From Eledone cirrhosa (lineage: Eukaryota), in assembly GCA_964016885.1 (NCBI GenBank), contig OZ024741.1, forward strand, positions 163,184,001 through 163,248,000: a stretch of DNA of 64,000 nt, written 5' to 3'. Shown here in pieces: positions 1 to 10,810 of this stretch. A model generated the notes under the pieces. The model was not told the DNA's origin and ran no database searches. It was given only the letters and a program-made list of their open reading frames with translations. Within the stretch, counting starts at the first letter, position 1. Every line of letters starts with the position of its first letter. A program made the position numbers and the translations under genes.

Positions 1-330
1 TTCGTGGACCTTAGAACATTCCAGTGAATTCTGTGCTTTATCTAACTTGAGCCCTCAGATCAGCTCAGAAAGGACTGTGCTTTTATGCTTCTCTTCTCTC
101 TTGGCGGTGTGGCAGTGATTATACCAGCAGTCATTAATGGTGCTCGATGTTGCCCTGACATAGATATATGTCGAGTTGTGGGTGGTAACGTTCCATTGAT
201 ATACGCAGTCATTCGTTATCTAGTGGTCACGAAGTAGGTTCCTGCAGCTGCATTGCCTGATCTGTACTTTAGCAAATCTAATAGGCTGGCCTTAGTTGGG
301 CCTGTATTGCACGGCCCCGGATTCATATTC
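1..330 (-). pseudogene. Decayed Penelope-like (Naiad-like) element: CxCx5Cx5C linker plus GIY-YIG endonuclease fragment, running off the window start
   Basis: Manual minus-strand translation gives CSCRN..S[TGA]PLDNE[TGA]L / CVYQWNVTTHNSTYIYVRATSSTINDCWYNHCHTAKREEKHKSTVLSELI*GLK. This aligns with the endonuclease at 6919-7302 (LVYQCTVESDNQKWYYIGATGNTFKARWYTH). Frameshifted. Confidence 0.8.
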
Positions 331-363
331 ATAAATATGTTCATGTATATATATACATTTATA

Positions 364-400
<37 letters not shown>

Positions 401-669
401 GCAAGTTTGAAGAATTATTAGATAAAATATATACAGTATTTCCTCTTCCTAGTCCGTAGAAATCAGCCACATAAATAATCATTTAAACGAGGATATAAGT
501 TTAAAATGTAACTATGAAGATTTCTGCGAGGGACAGCCAGATAAAATTTACCTAGTCATTCCTTTTATCCCGTAGAAATTGACGAGACAAATAATCAACT
601 ACACGGAGTTAGGTTTAAAATAGAAGTTAGAAGAAAAAAATGCATATAAACTTTACCAAAATTCCTCTA

Positions 670-754
670 GTCCCGACTGCCAGCAGTTCGTTCCCTTTTT
701 GCGGATATATCCGATCCTGGATCTATCCACGAGGCTTGGAACTTATCAAGAGAC
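670..754 (-). ncRNA. Hammerhead-like motif (type I, U3:A8 core, long stem II, degenerate GAA)
   Basis: Minus strand reads GTCTC-TTGATAA-GTTCC...GGAAC-GAA-CTGC(TG)GCAG-TC-GGGAC. Stems I, II and III pair, but one A of GAAA is missing. Confidence 0.6.
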
Positions 755-1985
755 ACATTGAGCCTGGACTAAAAATTCTACCGTGATCCCCGCCAAAAAT
801 GTCTAAGAATTATCACGTGGCTAGCGGTCAAGGCAGAAAGTTGTGATTGGTTGCCAGGCGGGGAGTAGGCTATATATATATAAATCAGGATGGATTCAGT
901 TAGAAACTGGTTAGACGATTCCCTTGGACAACATCAATGATGTGGAGAGAGGAGACTGGTATGAGTGACTACTGGTCTTCCATAAACAACATTGCCCAGA
1001 CTTGTGCTTCAGAGGGAAACTTTCTAGCTACAAATTCTATGGTTATTCGTGACCGAAGGAGCTCTTTATATATATACTAGCTGAGCTACCCAGCTTCGCC
1101 AAGGTTACGGCAGAAGAGAAAACATTTGTATTGAATGGATTGTCTTGTTTACAGTGTGTGTGCGTGTGTGTGTGTGTTTATGTATATACATATATATGTG
1201 CGTGTGTGTGTGTGTGTGTATAGATATATGTGTGTGTGTGTGTATATATATATATGTGTCTGTGTGTGTGTGCTTGTGTGACTGTGTGGGTGTTCGTGTG
1301 TGTGCGTGTGTGTGTGTAGACCACCGTTGGAATCGGAGACATAGGCCGCGAAACACGATCATCACTGACAACGAACTCGCAGAAAGAATCCCTTATGGTT
1401 GATTCCCAGCCTGCTAGATATAGCAGTCAGGTTGGTTAGCATATGTGGTATGTCTTTCTTCTTAGGTGTTATAAAATTAGTATCAATAAACTTTCCTGGA
1501 TATACTCTTATCCCAATCTTGTACATACTTTCCGATTATCACTTTTCGTTTTTTTCGTGTGATACGCGAAGGAACCAACCAACACACATTTCTCTTTTAT
1601 ATCTCTTTTATTTGTTCATTCAAAATATTTTTCAGCTAATTCTGTCATACAATATACATCAGCAATCGTAACCTAATGTTTAAAACAAATGATTAGCTGC
1701 AATATATGCACCATATCAATCAAACACGATATGAGAATTGAATACCATACTAAAGCGCCAGTAAGCTTGCTAAGAACTTGCAGATAGAAATGTTAATAAA
1801 TACAACATTTGGCTTGGGTAAAATTTAAGATGTTCTTTCATTGTAGGTTTCTTTTCTCAGCCAGTACGTTAAAGAAAATTAATTGTTACAACAATAAATG
1901 TTGAACAGGGAACACATTTTTTAACAAACTTTACAATCATTTGTATAATCATAATGGAAATTCCAAGTAACAGAAAATACATAAA

Positions 1986-2178
1986 TTACATTGTTAGAGC
2001 CTCAGAGTATACAATATTATTTGTTTGGCCCTCGGGAGCAAAGATGAAGAGATTGTTTGGCGAGGTCACCCTAGAGCATCCTACATACAATTGACCATGG
2101 TTTTCCCAGATGAAGGCCAGCCACTTTTAGGGTTTGACCCTGAGCTTTGTTGATGGTAATCGCAAAGCTTAGTCGCAC
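1986..2178 (-). pseudogene. Helitron PIF1-family helicase C-terminal fragment
   Basis: Translates VRLSFAITINKAQGQTLKVAGLHLGK / (frameshifting deletion) HGQLYVGCSRVTSPNNLFIFAPEGQTNNIVYSEALTM*. These are helicase motifs V/VI typical of Helitron RepHel. Confidence 0.9.
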
Positions 2179-2380
2179 TGTTGCTCTAGTAACAATTTTT
2201 CTTCTGGAAAATCTGATCTTGCGGCCAGGCTAGGACTTTTTGGGTGACATCTTGGCAGTAACAATGACGCTGTTCTTTCGTGAAATAAATACGTTTGTTT
2301 ATATTTTGTTTTTGTGTATGCAAAGATATCTGTACACGAATATATAATTATATATATATATATATGTATATATTAAAATA

Positions 2381-2456
2381 ACAGATTAAAGTTTAAGCAA
2401 AGAATCGCTGCTTTCACCCTTAACGGGATCTTCTGAAACTAAAAAAATCAATCTGT
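2381..2456 (-). ncRNA. Hammerhead-like motif (type I, CAGAAGA core) in a solo pLTR piece
   Basis: Reverse-complement copy of 3862-3937. Confidence 0.65.
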
Positions 2457-2976
2457 GAACACAGAAGTAAATATTTCGAAAAACGTTGCAACCGAAAGAT
2501 AACAGGAAGATGATACTTTGGTTCGTGAAGACGTTAGGAATGTCGTATAACCGGAAGTGTTGACATTTGAAAATGTTAAAGAAGTGAATATTTAAATAAT
2601 GTCTTTAATCTTTTAACAAAATTCAGTAGACTTGGAAAAAAGTTACATCTATGGTGCAAATTTGGTGCCGTTTGGTCCAGCTGTTTGGCGGAAAGTTTGT
2701 TACTTACATACGGCCGTCAGCTTTATAGTATATATATATATATATATATATACAGTATATATATATATAATGCACACACGCACACATACACACACACACA
2801 GACACGTGCACACACGCATATATATAGAGAGAAAATTAAGATGTTCGGTCCGACATATTTGTATACATATAAATATGTGTAGCGTGTATATCTTGTGATA
2901 TTCAGTGTTTACGGATAAAGATTTGAAAGCAAAGCCTTTACATATGAATTTTTGAAGTTGATGCAGGTGTGGGTAA

Positions 2977-3020
2977 CTATCGAGGGTCACCGTTTCTGAC
3001 TCTGGTCGTTATCAAGACAG
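2977..3020 (-). ncRNA. Minimal hammerhead-like motif (U3:A8 core)
   Basis: Minus strand reads CTGTC-TTGATAA-C GAC CAGA GTC A-GAAA-CGGTGACC-CTC-GATAG. Stem I is CTGTC/GATAG, stem III is quasi-palindromic, and position 16.2 is mismatched. Confidence 0.6.
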
Positions 3021-3200
3021 TGATCCCTCACCCAGCTCTTTGCTAAAATTCAATATAGCTGAAAACATAGATTTGGCGGCTGTTTACATGGGCTGTGATT
3101 AGCCCCATTTGCGTTTGCAATTTGTCAATTATAGCACACCGCTTTAAAAAACAAAGTGGTGTAAGGTAGAGCAAAAAAGAGACAGAAAATAACAAATTAT

Positions 3201-3241
3201 TCACTGAGGAGGTCGCAGAATGTGTAACGAAAGAACTTTGA
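3201..3241 (+). ncRNA. Minimal hammerhead-like motif (CTGAGGA core)
   Basis: TCA-CTGAGGA-GGTCGCAGAATGTGTAAC-GAAA-GAAC-TT-TGA. It lies in a repeat homologous to 63870-64000. Confidence 0.55.
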
Positions 3242-3861
3242 CAATAAACAATCAAACAATCATCCGGTTATTAAACTTACCAACTGGAAGTATATAATAA
3301 ATTGAAATGAAAACCAGTAGATGCGTGCGTTTTTATTGGCAGCATGACCCTTCCAAAGTATTATATATATATATGTATATATATATATAACCAAAGATTA
3401 ATATGGTTCGTTGATTATTCAACGAATACAATTTTACAATAGATTAGAAGCACTCGACAAAAATTGTCCTGCAGTATTTAATATTATTAAAAATATTAAT
3501 AAATGAAAATAATTCTCATAATCAAAATATATATTTTATTATACACATTTCAATGAAAACGTACTTAAACACCATTGTACCTTTGAAATGTGTATAATAA
3601 AATATATAATTTGATTATGAGAATATTTTTCATTTATTAATATTTTGAATAATATTATATATATATATATATATATAGTAATAATAATAAATTTGAAGAC
3701 TAAAATCCAAAGAGGGCTCGATAAGGATAGATATATATCAAATATATAAGAACCGTAGAGCAAATATTTATTAAAATAACAGATTAAAGTTTAAGCAAAG
3801 AATCGCTGCTTCTTGTCTTCCTCCGGTTGCAACGTTTTTTGAAATATCCAGTTCTGCGTTT

Positions 3862-3937
3862 ACAGATTGACTTTGTTAGTTTCAGAAGATCCCGTTAAGG
3901 GTGAAAGCAGCGATTCTTTGCTTAAACTTTAATCTGT
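3862..3937 (+). ncRNA. Hammerhead-like motif (type I, CAGAAGA = U4A core, bulged extended stem I)
   Basis: ACAGATTGA..AGTTT-CAGAAGA-T CCC GTTAA GGG T-GAAA-GCA(9 nt)TGC-TT-AAACT..TTAATCTGT. An inverted partial copy lies immediately 5' (3764-3811). Confidence 0.7.
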
Positions 3938-3944
3938 TATTTTA

Positions 3945-3989
<45 letters not shown>

Positions 3990-3991
<2 letters not shown>

Positions 3992-4840
3992 GGAGGAGTT
4001 GTGGTAAGGAGCTAGATGGACCATAACGCACCATGTTTTCTTCTTCCCTTTGTCTCCCCTAACACTTCTTTCCACTACCGAACTTCTTCCTCGTTCGTTT
4101 CTTTGTTTTTTTGCCCTTTCGCCTACCCCGAGGCTGCCCATCGGGCCTCTTTAGCCTCAGTACCCCCACCCCAGTAACTTACAGATAGCTTTCGCTGATT
4201 ACGCTATACTAACTATTCATAGCAGCTGTGTTAGACCCCAGATCTGTGGTATTAATTTTTAATACTAAATTTTTAATACTAAATTATTAATACTAAATTT
4301 TTCAATTATTCTCATCTAGCAACTCATTCTGTGGCTTTGGCCGAAATATAGCAGCTGTGTTAGATTCCTTTTTTCACTTCCCACTTTCCAATCTTACTTT
4401 CTGTTACATATTTCTCTCATTTTTTATTATATTTTTTCTTTGTCCCCTAATCGCATTTGATTTACTATCTCCATAACGTCCCTCCTCCACTTTCTAAAGA
4501 TACCATTTTTTGCCAACCTCCTCTGGCCTTTTCATACACATTCCTTTGAATTTGTCGTGTAGATTTCACCTTCTACGCTTGACCGGCTCTACCCACTCCC
4601 CTATCGTTCTACAGGCAAGTTCAGCTATCCCCACCCCGCGCCCACTGCCATGATAGACTTTTCTGTGTCCGCTACACATTTTGACCAATCCCCATGACAA
4701 CTACAATATTTCCATAGAAGTAAGTACCCTTGAAAAGTTCGGCTATTTATTTACCAGACTAAAAAAAGTCTTACTTTAGTCCAGAAATAGCCGTCGAAAC
4801 GGCTTGAGCTCTGCCGTCGGGGTCATACTTTCTCCAATAT
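3990..4840 (+). mobile_element. Non-coding PLE 3' UTR/pLTR-like element with 5' inverted tail
   Basis: Pyrimidine-rich body ending in a hammerhead motif. It begins with an inverted copy of the recurrent tail TGGTGCGTTATGGTCCA..TCCTTACCAC and is bounded by (TA)n. Confidence 0.55.
4726..4823 (+). ncRNA. Hammerhead-like motif (U3:A8 core, long stem II, GUC site)
   Basis: ACCC-TTGAAAA-GTTCGGCTATTT...AAATAGCCGTC-GAAA-CGGC TTGAGCTC TGCCG-TC-GGGGT. 3' halves of the same motif recur near 4940 (-), 5880 (+), 45180 (-) and 55700 (+). Confidence 0.75.
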
Positions 4841-4891
4841 ATATATATATATAAATATCTTCTTTTTAAATGGAACTTGCTCGTTTTTTTC

Positions 4892-4924
<33 letters not shown>

Positions 4925-4928
<4 letters not shown>

Positions 4929-5999
4929 AACGAGTAGGACCCCGACGGCTGAGCTCAAGCCGTTTCGACGGCTAATTCTATCATGTCAATTTGTGGAGGG
5001 AAGGGGTAGCTGAACCTGCCAGTAGGAGAAAGAGGGAGAGGGGGTGGAGGAGACACCGTCATGTGTTGATAGTGCCGACTACAGCTGGGCATGAGGTCAA
5101 AGAAGATACTAGGGAGGGGGAGGGGGAGGAAGTCGAAACAATAAGTAAAACAATATGGGGTAAACATATAGAAAAATACCGAGAGTGTTAAAAAGCAATT
5201 AAATGTAAAAAAAAAAAATAAATAAATAAATAAAAATAAACAATTTCTGGTTACTACGACCTACGGACAGCTATCAAGTCTCTCACTGGTACTGCTAGGC
5301 TAAAGAAAGGTTTACTAGGTGGGACGGAATTATAATGAGACCCTTTTAAGAGGTATAAGTAATAAACCGAGTATATCTTACGGTGAGGAGCCAAAATACT
5401 AAAGAAACTACAACGAAATAATAAATAAAGGTTTCTAGCCCAGGCACAAGGGCAGCAACCACCGAGTGCAAAAAAATAAACTAATACGAAATAATAATTC
5501 AGAATCCCGAAAAAGAATACTAATACTATCTCTAAGGGTGCCGCCACGATACAAAAATTCTAGTGCAAACTACATAAATGCTCGTACGAAGTATATGTAA
5601 AATTTGATACTGAAAATTAATTCAGAATCCCCCCCCCCCCCCCCCCCAAAAAAAATAAATACTGATATACGAGAAATTAAAGCAAAGATACCACTAAGAA
5701 ATATAGAAAGCACGGAAAAGGGGCAGCGATCGGATAAGAAGGCAAGTATCCGGGGTCAAACACATCTGCTATAAAAAGCGGAGTCTGCCAAATCTAACAT
5801 AGAATAGGGGAAGGGGGTGGGGGTACTGAGGCTATTCAATTACCAGGATAAAAATGTTCATTTAGTCCAGTTTAGCCGTCGAAACGGCTTGAGCTCAGCC
5901 GTCGGGGTCTTACTCGTTCCTATTACCCACTCTACTACCCTAAGTATTGAGTACTTTGGTGCGTTATGGTCCACTTGGTTCCTTACCACATTTCCTCCG

Positions 6000-6000
<1 letters not shown>
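4925..6000 (-). mobile_element. Second, diverged copy of the 3990-4840 family in opposite orientation, with inverted pLTR piece at ~5860-6000
   Basis: GGGGTGGGGGTACTGAGGCTA (~5815-5835) is the reverse complement of TAGCCTCAGTACCCCCACCCC (~4152-4172). ~5005-5021 matches ~4612-4630 inverted. Both share the hammerhead 3' half. Confidence 0.55.
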
Positions 6001-6039
<39 letters not shown>

Positions 6040-6217
6040 AGAAACAAAAAATTGCTTATTGTGATCCAGTTCTTGGTTAAGAAAGCCAGTTTCATGGATG
6101 GTTTCAACGTACGGTTAGGGGTAACTCCACAAGTTTGTAAGAATTCCGTTCAATCTTGGAGTATAAAATGTAAAAGAGAAAACAGAGGTAAGCATTAAGA
6201 GAAGGATTTTATCCAGG

Positions 6218-6319
6218 TATTTACGACCGTTTCATTGGTAAGTGCAACCTAATATTGCTATACTGCAAATAGCAGCCACCCAATTATAATTGTTGTTCAC
6301 AGTCCAACTTTTCAAAATA
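6218..6319 (-). ncRNA. Hammerhead-like motif in 3' pLTR (U3:A8 core, ~65 nt stem II insertion)
   Basis: Minus strand reads TATT-TTGAAAA-GTTGG...CCAAT-GAAA-CGGTCG-TA-AATA. Confidence 0.65.
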
Positions 6320-6636
6320 GTGAGTAAGTTACTCTTGAAATAATTCTTAATATATAGAGAAAAAACATTTATTTGGAATTGTATTTACTAGTATATAGAG
6401 AGAGAGGAATCAGAAGGTGGGGGGATAAACGGAATAGTATAGAGAGAGAGGAAGGGGGAAGAGGTAGGAAGTAAAGTGACAAACTGAGATGGGGAGAGGG
6501 GTAGAGGTGGAAGGATTCCTTGGTCAGTTTTGATAGCAGACTTCATGTCGTGGAATGTAGTGAGTTAAAGAGAATTAAATTGATCATAGATCAGTTGATG
6601 GATAGAGAGGGAGAGAGGGGGGGGGGGGAGATATAA

Positions 6637-6691
<55 letters not shown>

Positions 6692-6918
6692 AAATAAAGA
6701 TAAAGATAATAATGACAAAAATAAAAGCAAAGAAGCGGGTGAGAAAGAAGAAAAGAAAATATAGCCAAGAAGGGGAGGGAAGGAACGAAGAAATAGAAAA
6801 GGAATGAGGGAGAAGAGGGGGATATATGTATTGGTTTTGTGGGTAATTTAAAGGGTTTAGATACAACAAGAGGGTATAAAGTCTAAGTATATGCAGTTTG
6901 TCAGTTGGTAGTAAGAGG

Positions 6919-8570
6919 TTAAGGGTTCGATTTGTAGTGCGAAATCTTCTCTTTGAGTCTATGGTTACAATAAATTGATCTTTCGATTTTATTGTTGAGT
7001 AACTTATTCTTCGAACTCAAGATGTGGAACAGCTCAAGGTCGCATAATCGACAGCTTCTCATACCACTCCGATATGTGGGCGCGTTCGATAATTTTTTCG
7101 ACTTCAGGGTGTATTGATGGATACTTTCCCTCAGTTGCCAGGTTTTGTTTGCAAGGGTAGTTACATAACGATGCTGGGAATGTTTCGTTGCGTAACGGTG
7201 TGTATACCAACGGGCTTTAAATGTATTCCCAGTCGCTCCGATGTAATACCATTTCTGGTTGTCTGATTCCACTGTGCATTGGTAAACCAGGTTAGACTGC
7301 ATACATTCATTAGGTGGTACCTATTGTAACTGCCACCTATCAGGTTTCAGATAGGTGGCAGTTACAATTCTTGTCATGGGCAAATTTGGCATTATTGGTG
7401 GGCTGCGATGCCTGTGCAAGTGTGTTACGTTTTGTTTGCCTATTAGCGGGTGGTTGTGTATTAGATATTCTGTTGTGTTCGGTGGTGATTGTATTGTTAT
7501 TGTTGTAAATTTGTGTTTTGGTGTTGTTATGTATCTTTTTAGCGTTAAGCATCTTAATGTGTACCTCTATATTTGGTGCCGTGGAGTAAGATAGTCTAAT
7601 AGATTTAGTGTTAAGGATTTTGCTGTATCTATGTGAATCTGGAAAGTGCTTATTTATTATTCTAAAGAAGGTAGAGGGTAGGTTAGTACTAATAGAGGTG
7701 TTAAATATGGGGTTATACCAAATATATTTTCTACTGCGTGACTTGTTTGATTTCAATGTTGTATTTCTATTTGCCGTATACTTTGCAGTTCTATGCGTAA
7801 GTGCGTGTGTGCGTGTGTTACCGGAGTTTGTGTTATGCGTGTTCGTGTTCGCTCCACGGAGGCTTTCATCTATATATTCTACTCTATCTAAGTGACCTGC
7901 CTTGTCTAATGCGGTATTGTAGTATTTTGCATGTTCTTCGAAGATTTGTCGGTTAGGCGAGAGACGGGAGATCCTAAGGGATATGCTGCGTGGAATGGAT
8001 TTAATTATGGATAGTGGGTGGTTTGAGTTACAGTTGATGTATGCTAAGTTTTCATTAATCTTGTGAAAAGGTATTATAAGTCCCGTATTTAGGTTAAGCG
8101 TCGCGTCTAGAAAGTTAACTGTTTTAGTGCTATACTCATACATTATGCTAAGGCCTAGTTTCCCGAGAGACTTTCTAATATTCTTACGGAGTCTTTCTAT
8201 GCTCTGGTTATTTAGGTTCTTAACTAGGAGAAGGGCGTCGTCTCTGTAGATTCCACGGTGAAGGTCCCTAAACTCACTTTGTAAATATGGGCTATGTAAA
8301 TACCTACTAAATCTGTGGCTTGAGCCGAGTTGTTATCCCCCATCGTGATGTCAAAGTTATTTAATCTATCCTTACGTTCCCAATAGGCGTTTTCAAATTT
8401 AATTATTGTTTTCCTAGCAGCTAATATGATTTTTATCTCGTCGTCTGTTATGTCAGAATTGGCTTTGGCGAATGCTAAGGCTTTAGCCAAGGTGTTGGGG
8501 GATATAGATGAGTAATAATCGTTAATGTCAAATTGTATAAATTTAGATACTTCTTTGTTAGCTATATTGT
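6919..8570 (-). pseudogene. PLE reverse transcriptase plus GIY-YIG endonuclease, frameshifted
   Basis: FIQFDINDYYSSI (motif A), FDITMG..SAQATDLVG, GIYRDDAL, VNFLDATLNL, SNHP, IWYNP, CNC, LVY..YYIG, CRLC..E, LLN.K.E..CNH. Confidence 0.92.
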
Positions 8571-8607
8571 TAATTATTGTTAATTATTTCAAGAGTAACT
8601 TACTCAC

Positions 8608-8709
8608 TATTTTGAAAATTTGGACTGTGAACAACAATTATAATTGAGTGGCTACTATTTGCAGTATAGCAATATAAGATTGCACTTACCAATGAAACGG
8701 TCGTAAATA
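8608..8709 (+). ncRNA. Hammerhead-like motif in inverted 5' pLTR (copy of 6218-6319)
   Basis: TATT-TTGAAAA-TTTGG...CCAAT-GAAA-CGGTCG-TA-AATA. Confidence 0.6.
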
Positions 8710-8755
8710 CCTGGATAAAATCCTTCTCTTATTGCTTACCTGTGTTTTCTCTTTA

Positions 8756-8819
<64 letters not shown>

Positions 8820-9574
8820 ATAGTACTTATATATATATATTTGTATTGTACCAACAGTCCTTGGTTACAACATTCAATGTAAATAACTTAAAATCTCGAT
8901 TTCCTTCCCTCTTTTATTACATCAGCCATCATCCTATTTAATTTTACATTCGTAAAATCAATTTGAATAATTTTCTTCTCAATGTTCTTCTTATCAAACC
9001 TATACCTACTAAATTCAATGAATTTGTTCTACCCAAATATCAATCTCCGTCTCTCTTTCTTCTTTTCAATATTATTTTCTTTCTGTTTTTCTCTCCCTAT
9101 CTATTCATTCATTTATTTTCGTATTGCATTGGAATCCGGGCTTTATTGTTGTTAAATCTGTTCTTGTCCGAAGAAACATATGCGTGAATAGATAACTATA
9201 GAGTGAGAGTCAGACACACAGATAGATAAGATTGTAGGTAGATAAATATAGAGATAACTATGTAGTTAGAGAGATAAAGATAGGCCGAATAATAGTTAGT
9301 TAGTAGGTTAGGTATAGAGATAGCTATGCATTTAGATAGATAAAGAAACAGACCGAATGACAGATATTTAGTTAGGTAGGTAGATATAAATATATGTATG
9401 TAAGTAAATAGATAGATACATCTATTTTTTTGTTTGAAGAAAGATTCAAACGTAGATAAACTGCTATAAATAACTCCTGCTTGACCACTGAAATATTCTC
9501 CAATTACCGTTTCTTTGCCGAAGGTAGCACAAAATATGACTGATCCTGGGTTAGTTACTCCTTAGGACACAATC

Positions 9575-9845
9575 TTGGGAAAGTCTTTTGTGGAAGACTA
9601 GCAGTCCCCCACGCATGCCAGTTTCTCCCTTCCCCGTCATCGGTGTTGTCAAAAAGAAAGGCAAATGCCAATACAGCTGGACCTCCAACCCGCTGCTTCA
9701 CATCAATTATAGCTTGGTAGACTGGGGAAACGAGGCAAAAGAGTGCCTTGCTCAAAGACACAATGCGTAGACCGGGGTAGTGTGTCTAACTCATCACTAT
9801 ATGATCCTGAGCTGAACACTCATGATCACTCAACTAAGTGCCTTC
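9575..9845 (-). mobile_element. tRNA-derived SINE with CORE-like domain (diverged)
   Basis: Minus strand has GTGTCTTTGAGCAAGGCACT (CORE-like). The body is similar to 45312-45575. Confidence 0.6.
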
Positions 9846-10172
9846 ACTTATGTATATTTCTATATATACATACACATATATATATCAAAAGCTGTTTCGG
9901 CGTCAGATTAAAAATTCCTTCTGTATTTGTTCATCAGATGGAATGCTTTGTGGCATTTGTTCCGGACCATTGTGCACGGAATACCAATCCCGCTGAGGTA
10001 AACTTTGCGTTTCATCCTATTGATATAAATAAAGTAGTATTTCAGGACTGGAGTCAGTTTTCCCCTCTTTCTCTCTGGAAGACATCAACTGTGTTCCAAT
10101 CTAGGGAGAGATTGAGTTCGCCAAGTTTAAAATGCCCAAGACCTGTTAGGGTGCATCCTCCCTCCGAGTCTG

Positions 10173-10175
<3 letters not shown>

Positions 10176-10248
<73 letters not shown>

Positions 10249-10285
10249 GAGAGAGAGAGCGATAGCGATAGAGAGAGAGAGAGCG
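10176..10285. repeat. (GA)n microsatellite
   Basis: Direct reading. Confidence 0.95.
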
Positions 10286-10582
10286 AGTTGATAATAGGAA
10301 CAGATATAAAGAATCGACCCCAGTACTGTTAGTACTTTATCAACTTCGGCAGAATTTAATGTCCGAGCACTCAGAGTCGGAACAAATATCGCGAAGCATT
10401 CTCTCCGAGATTCTAATGACTCTACTAATTCTCCGCTTCTTACATTCTCATATGTAGGAATATTTGTCAGTTGAGAGACGTCTGTTAGCTAAGAAAATAT
10501 TCCAAACGAAGATCAATCTGGAGCAGATTTAGACTTGAGTGATTTTTTTTTCTGAGTGAAATATGGCAGTGTAAATTATGAC

Positions 10583-10810
10583 TTAAAAATAATTATTCTG
10601 ATTTGAAGTTGATTGATGGTTTTGCGTGTTTATAAGCGTGTGCACTCTCGTGCCTGTTTGTGTGTGTAATATAAGAGTAAACACTACACTAAAAGAGAAG
10701 CCCAATGCAGCGATCAAACGAGTTTGTGTTGTGTTTGTGGCCGGGTCTTTCATGGACAGACTATTAGTTACTGGACATCTAGTCGCCGGATATAAAAATT
10801 TGATATTTTT
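10583..10810 (-). CDS. Candidate terminal exon with hydrophobic (TM-like) segment
   Basis: Acceptor ctttattttcatttaattag, then phase-0 open frame KNIKFLYPATRCPVTNSLSMKDPATNTTQTRLIAALGFSFSVVFTLILHTQTGTRVHTLINTQNHQSTSNQNNYF*. In phase with the donor at 12697. Confidence 0.35.
   Translation of the reverse strand, partial: KNIKFLYPATRCPVTNSLSMKDPATNTTQTRLIAALGFSFSVVFTLILHTQTGTRVHTLINTQNHQSTSNQNNYF

Larger units (their letters stand above)
1077..2740 (-). mobile_element. Helitron remnant(s), internally deleted or nested
   Basis: 3' end on the minus strand: hairpin ACCTTGGC-GAA-GCTGGGT (1088-1105) then CTAG followed by T (1077-1080). Helicase C-terminus lies at 1986-2178. The 5' boundary is uncertain. 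Confidence 0.7.
6035..8757 (-). mobile_element. 5'-truncated Penelope-like element (Naiad-like) with 5' inverted pLTR
   Basis: RT and GIY-YIG fragments at 6919-8570. 8580-8757 is the reverse complement of ~6170-6346 (3' pLTR). Flanked by (TA)n on both sides. Confidence 0.9.

Noticed and set aside
1320-1430. Possible 111-nt plus-strand exon (AG..CAG/GTTGGT) and short terminal exon near 1847
   Set aside because: Lies inside the Helitron-derived interval; no recognisable protein similarity.
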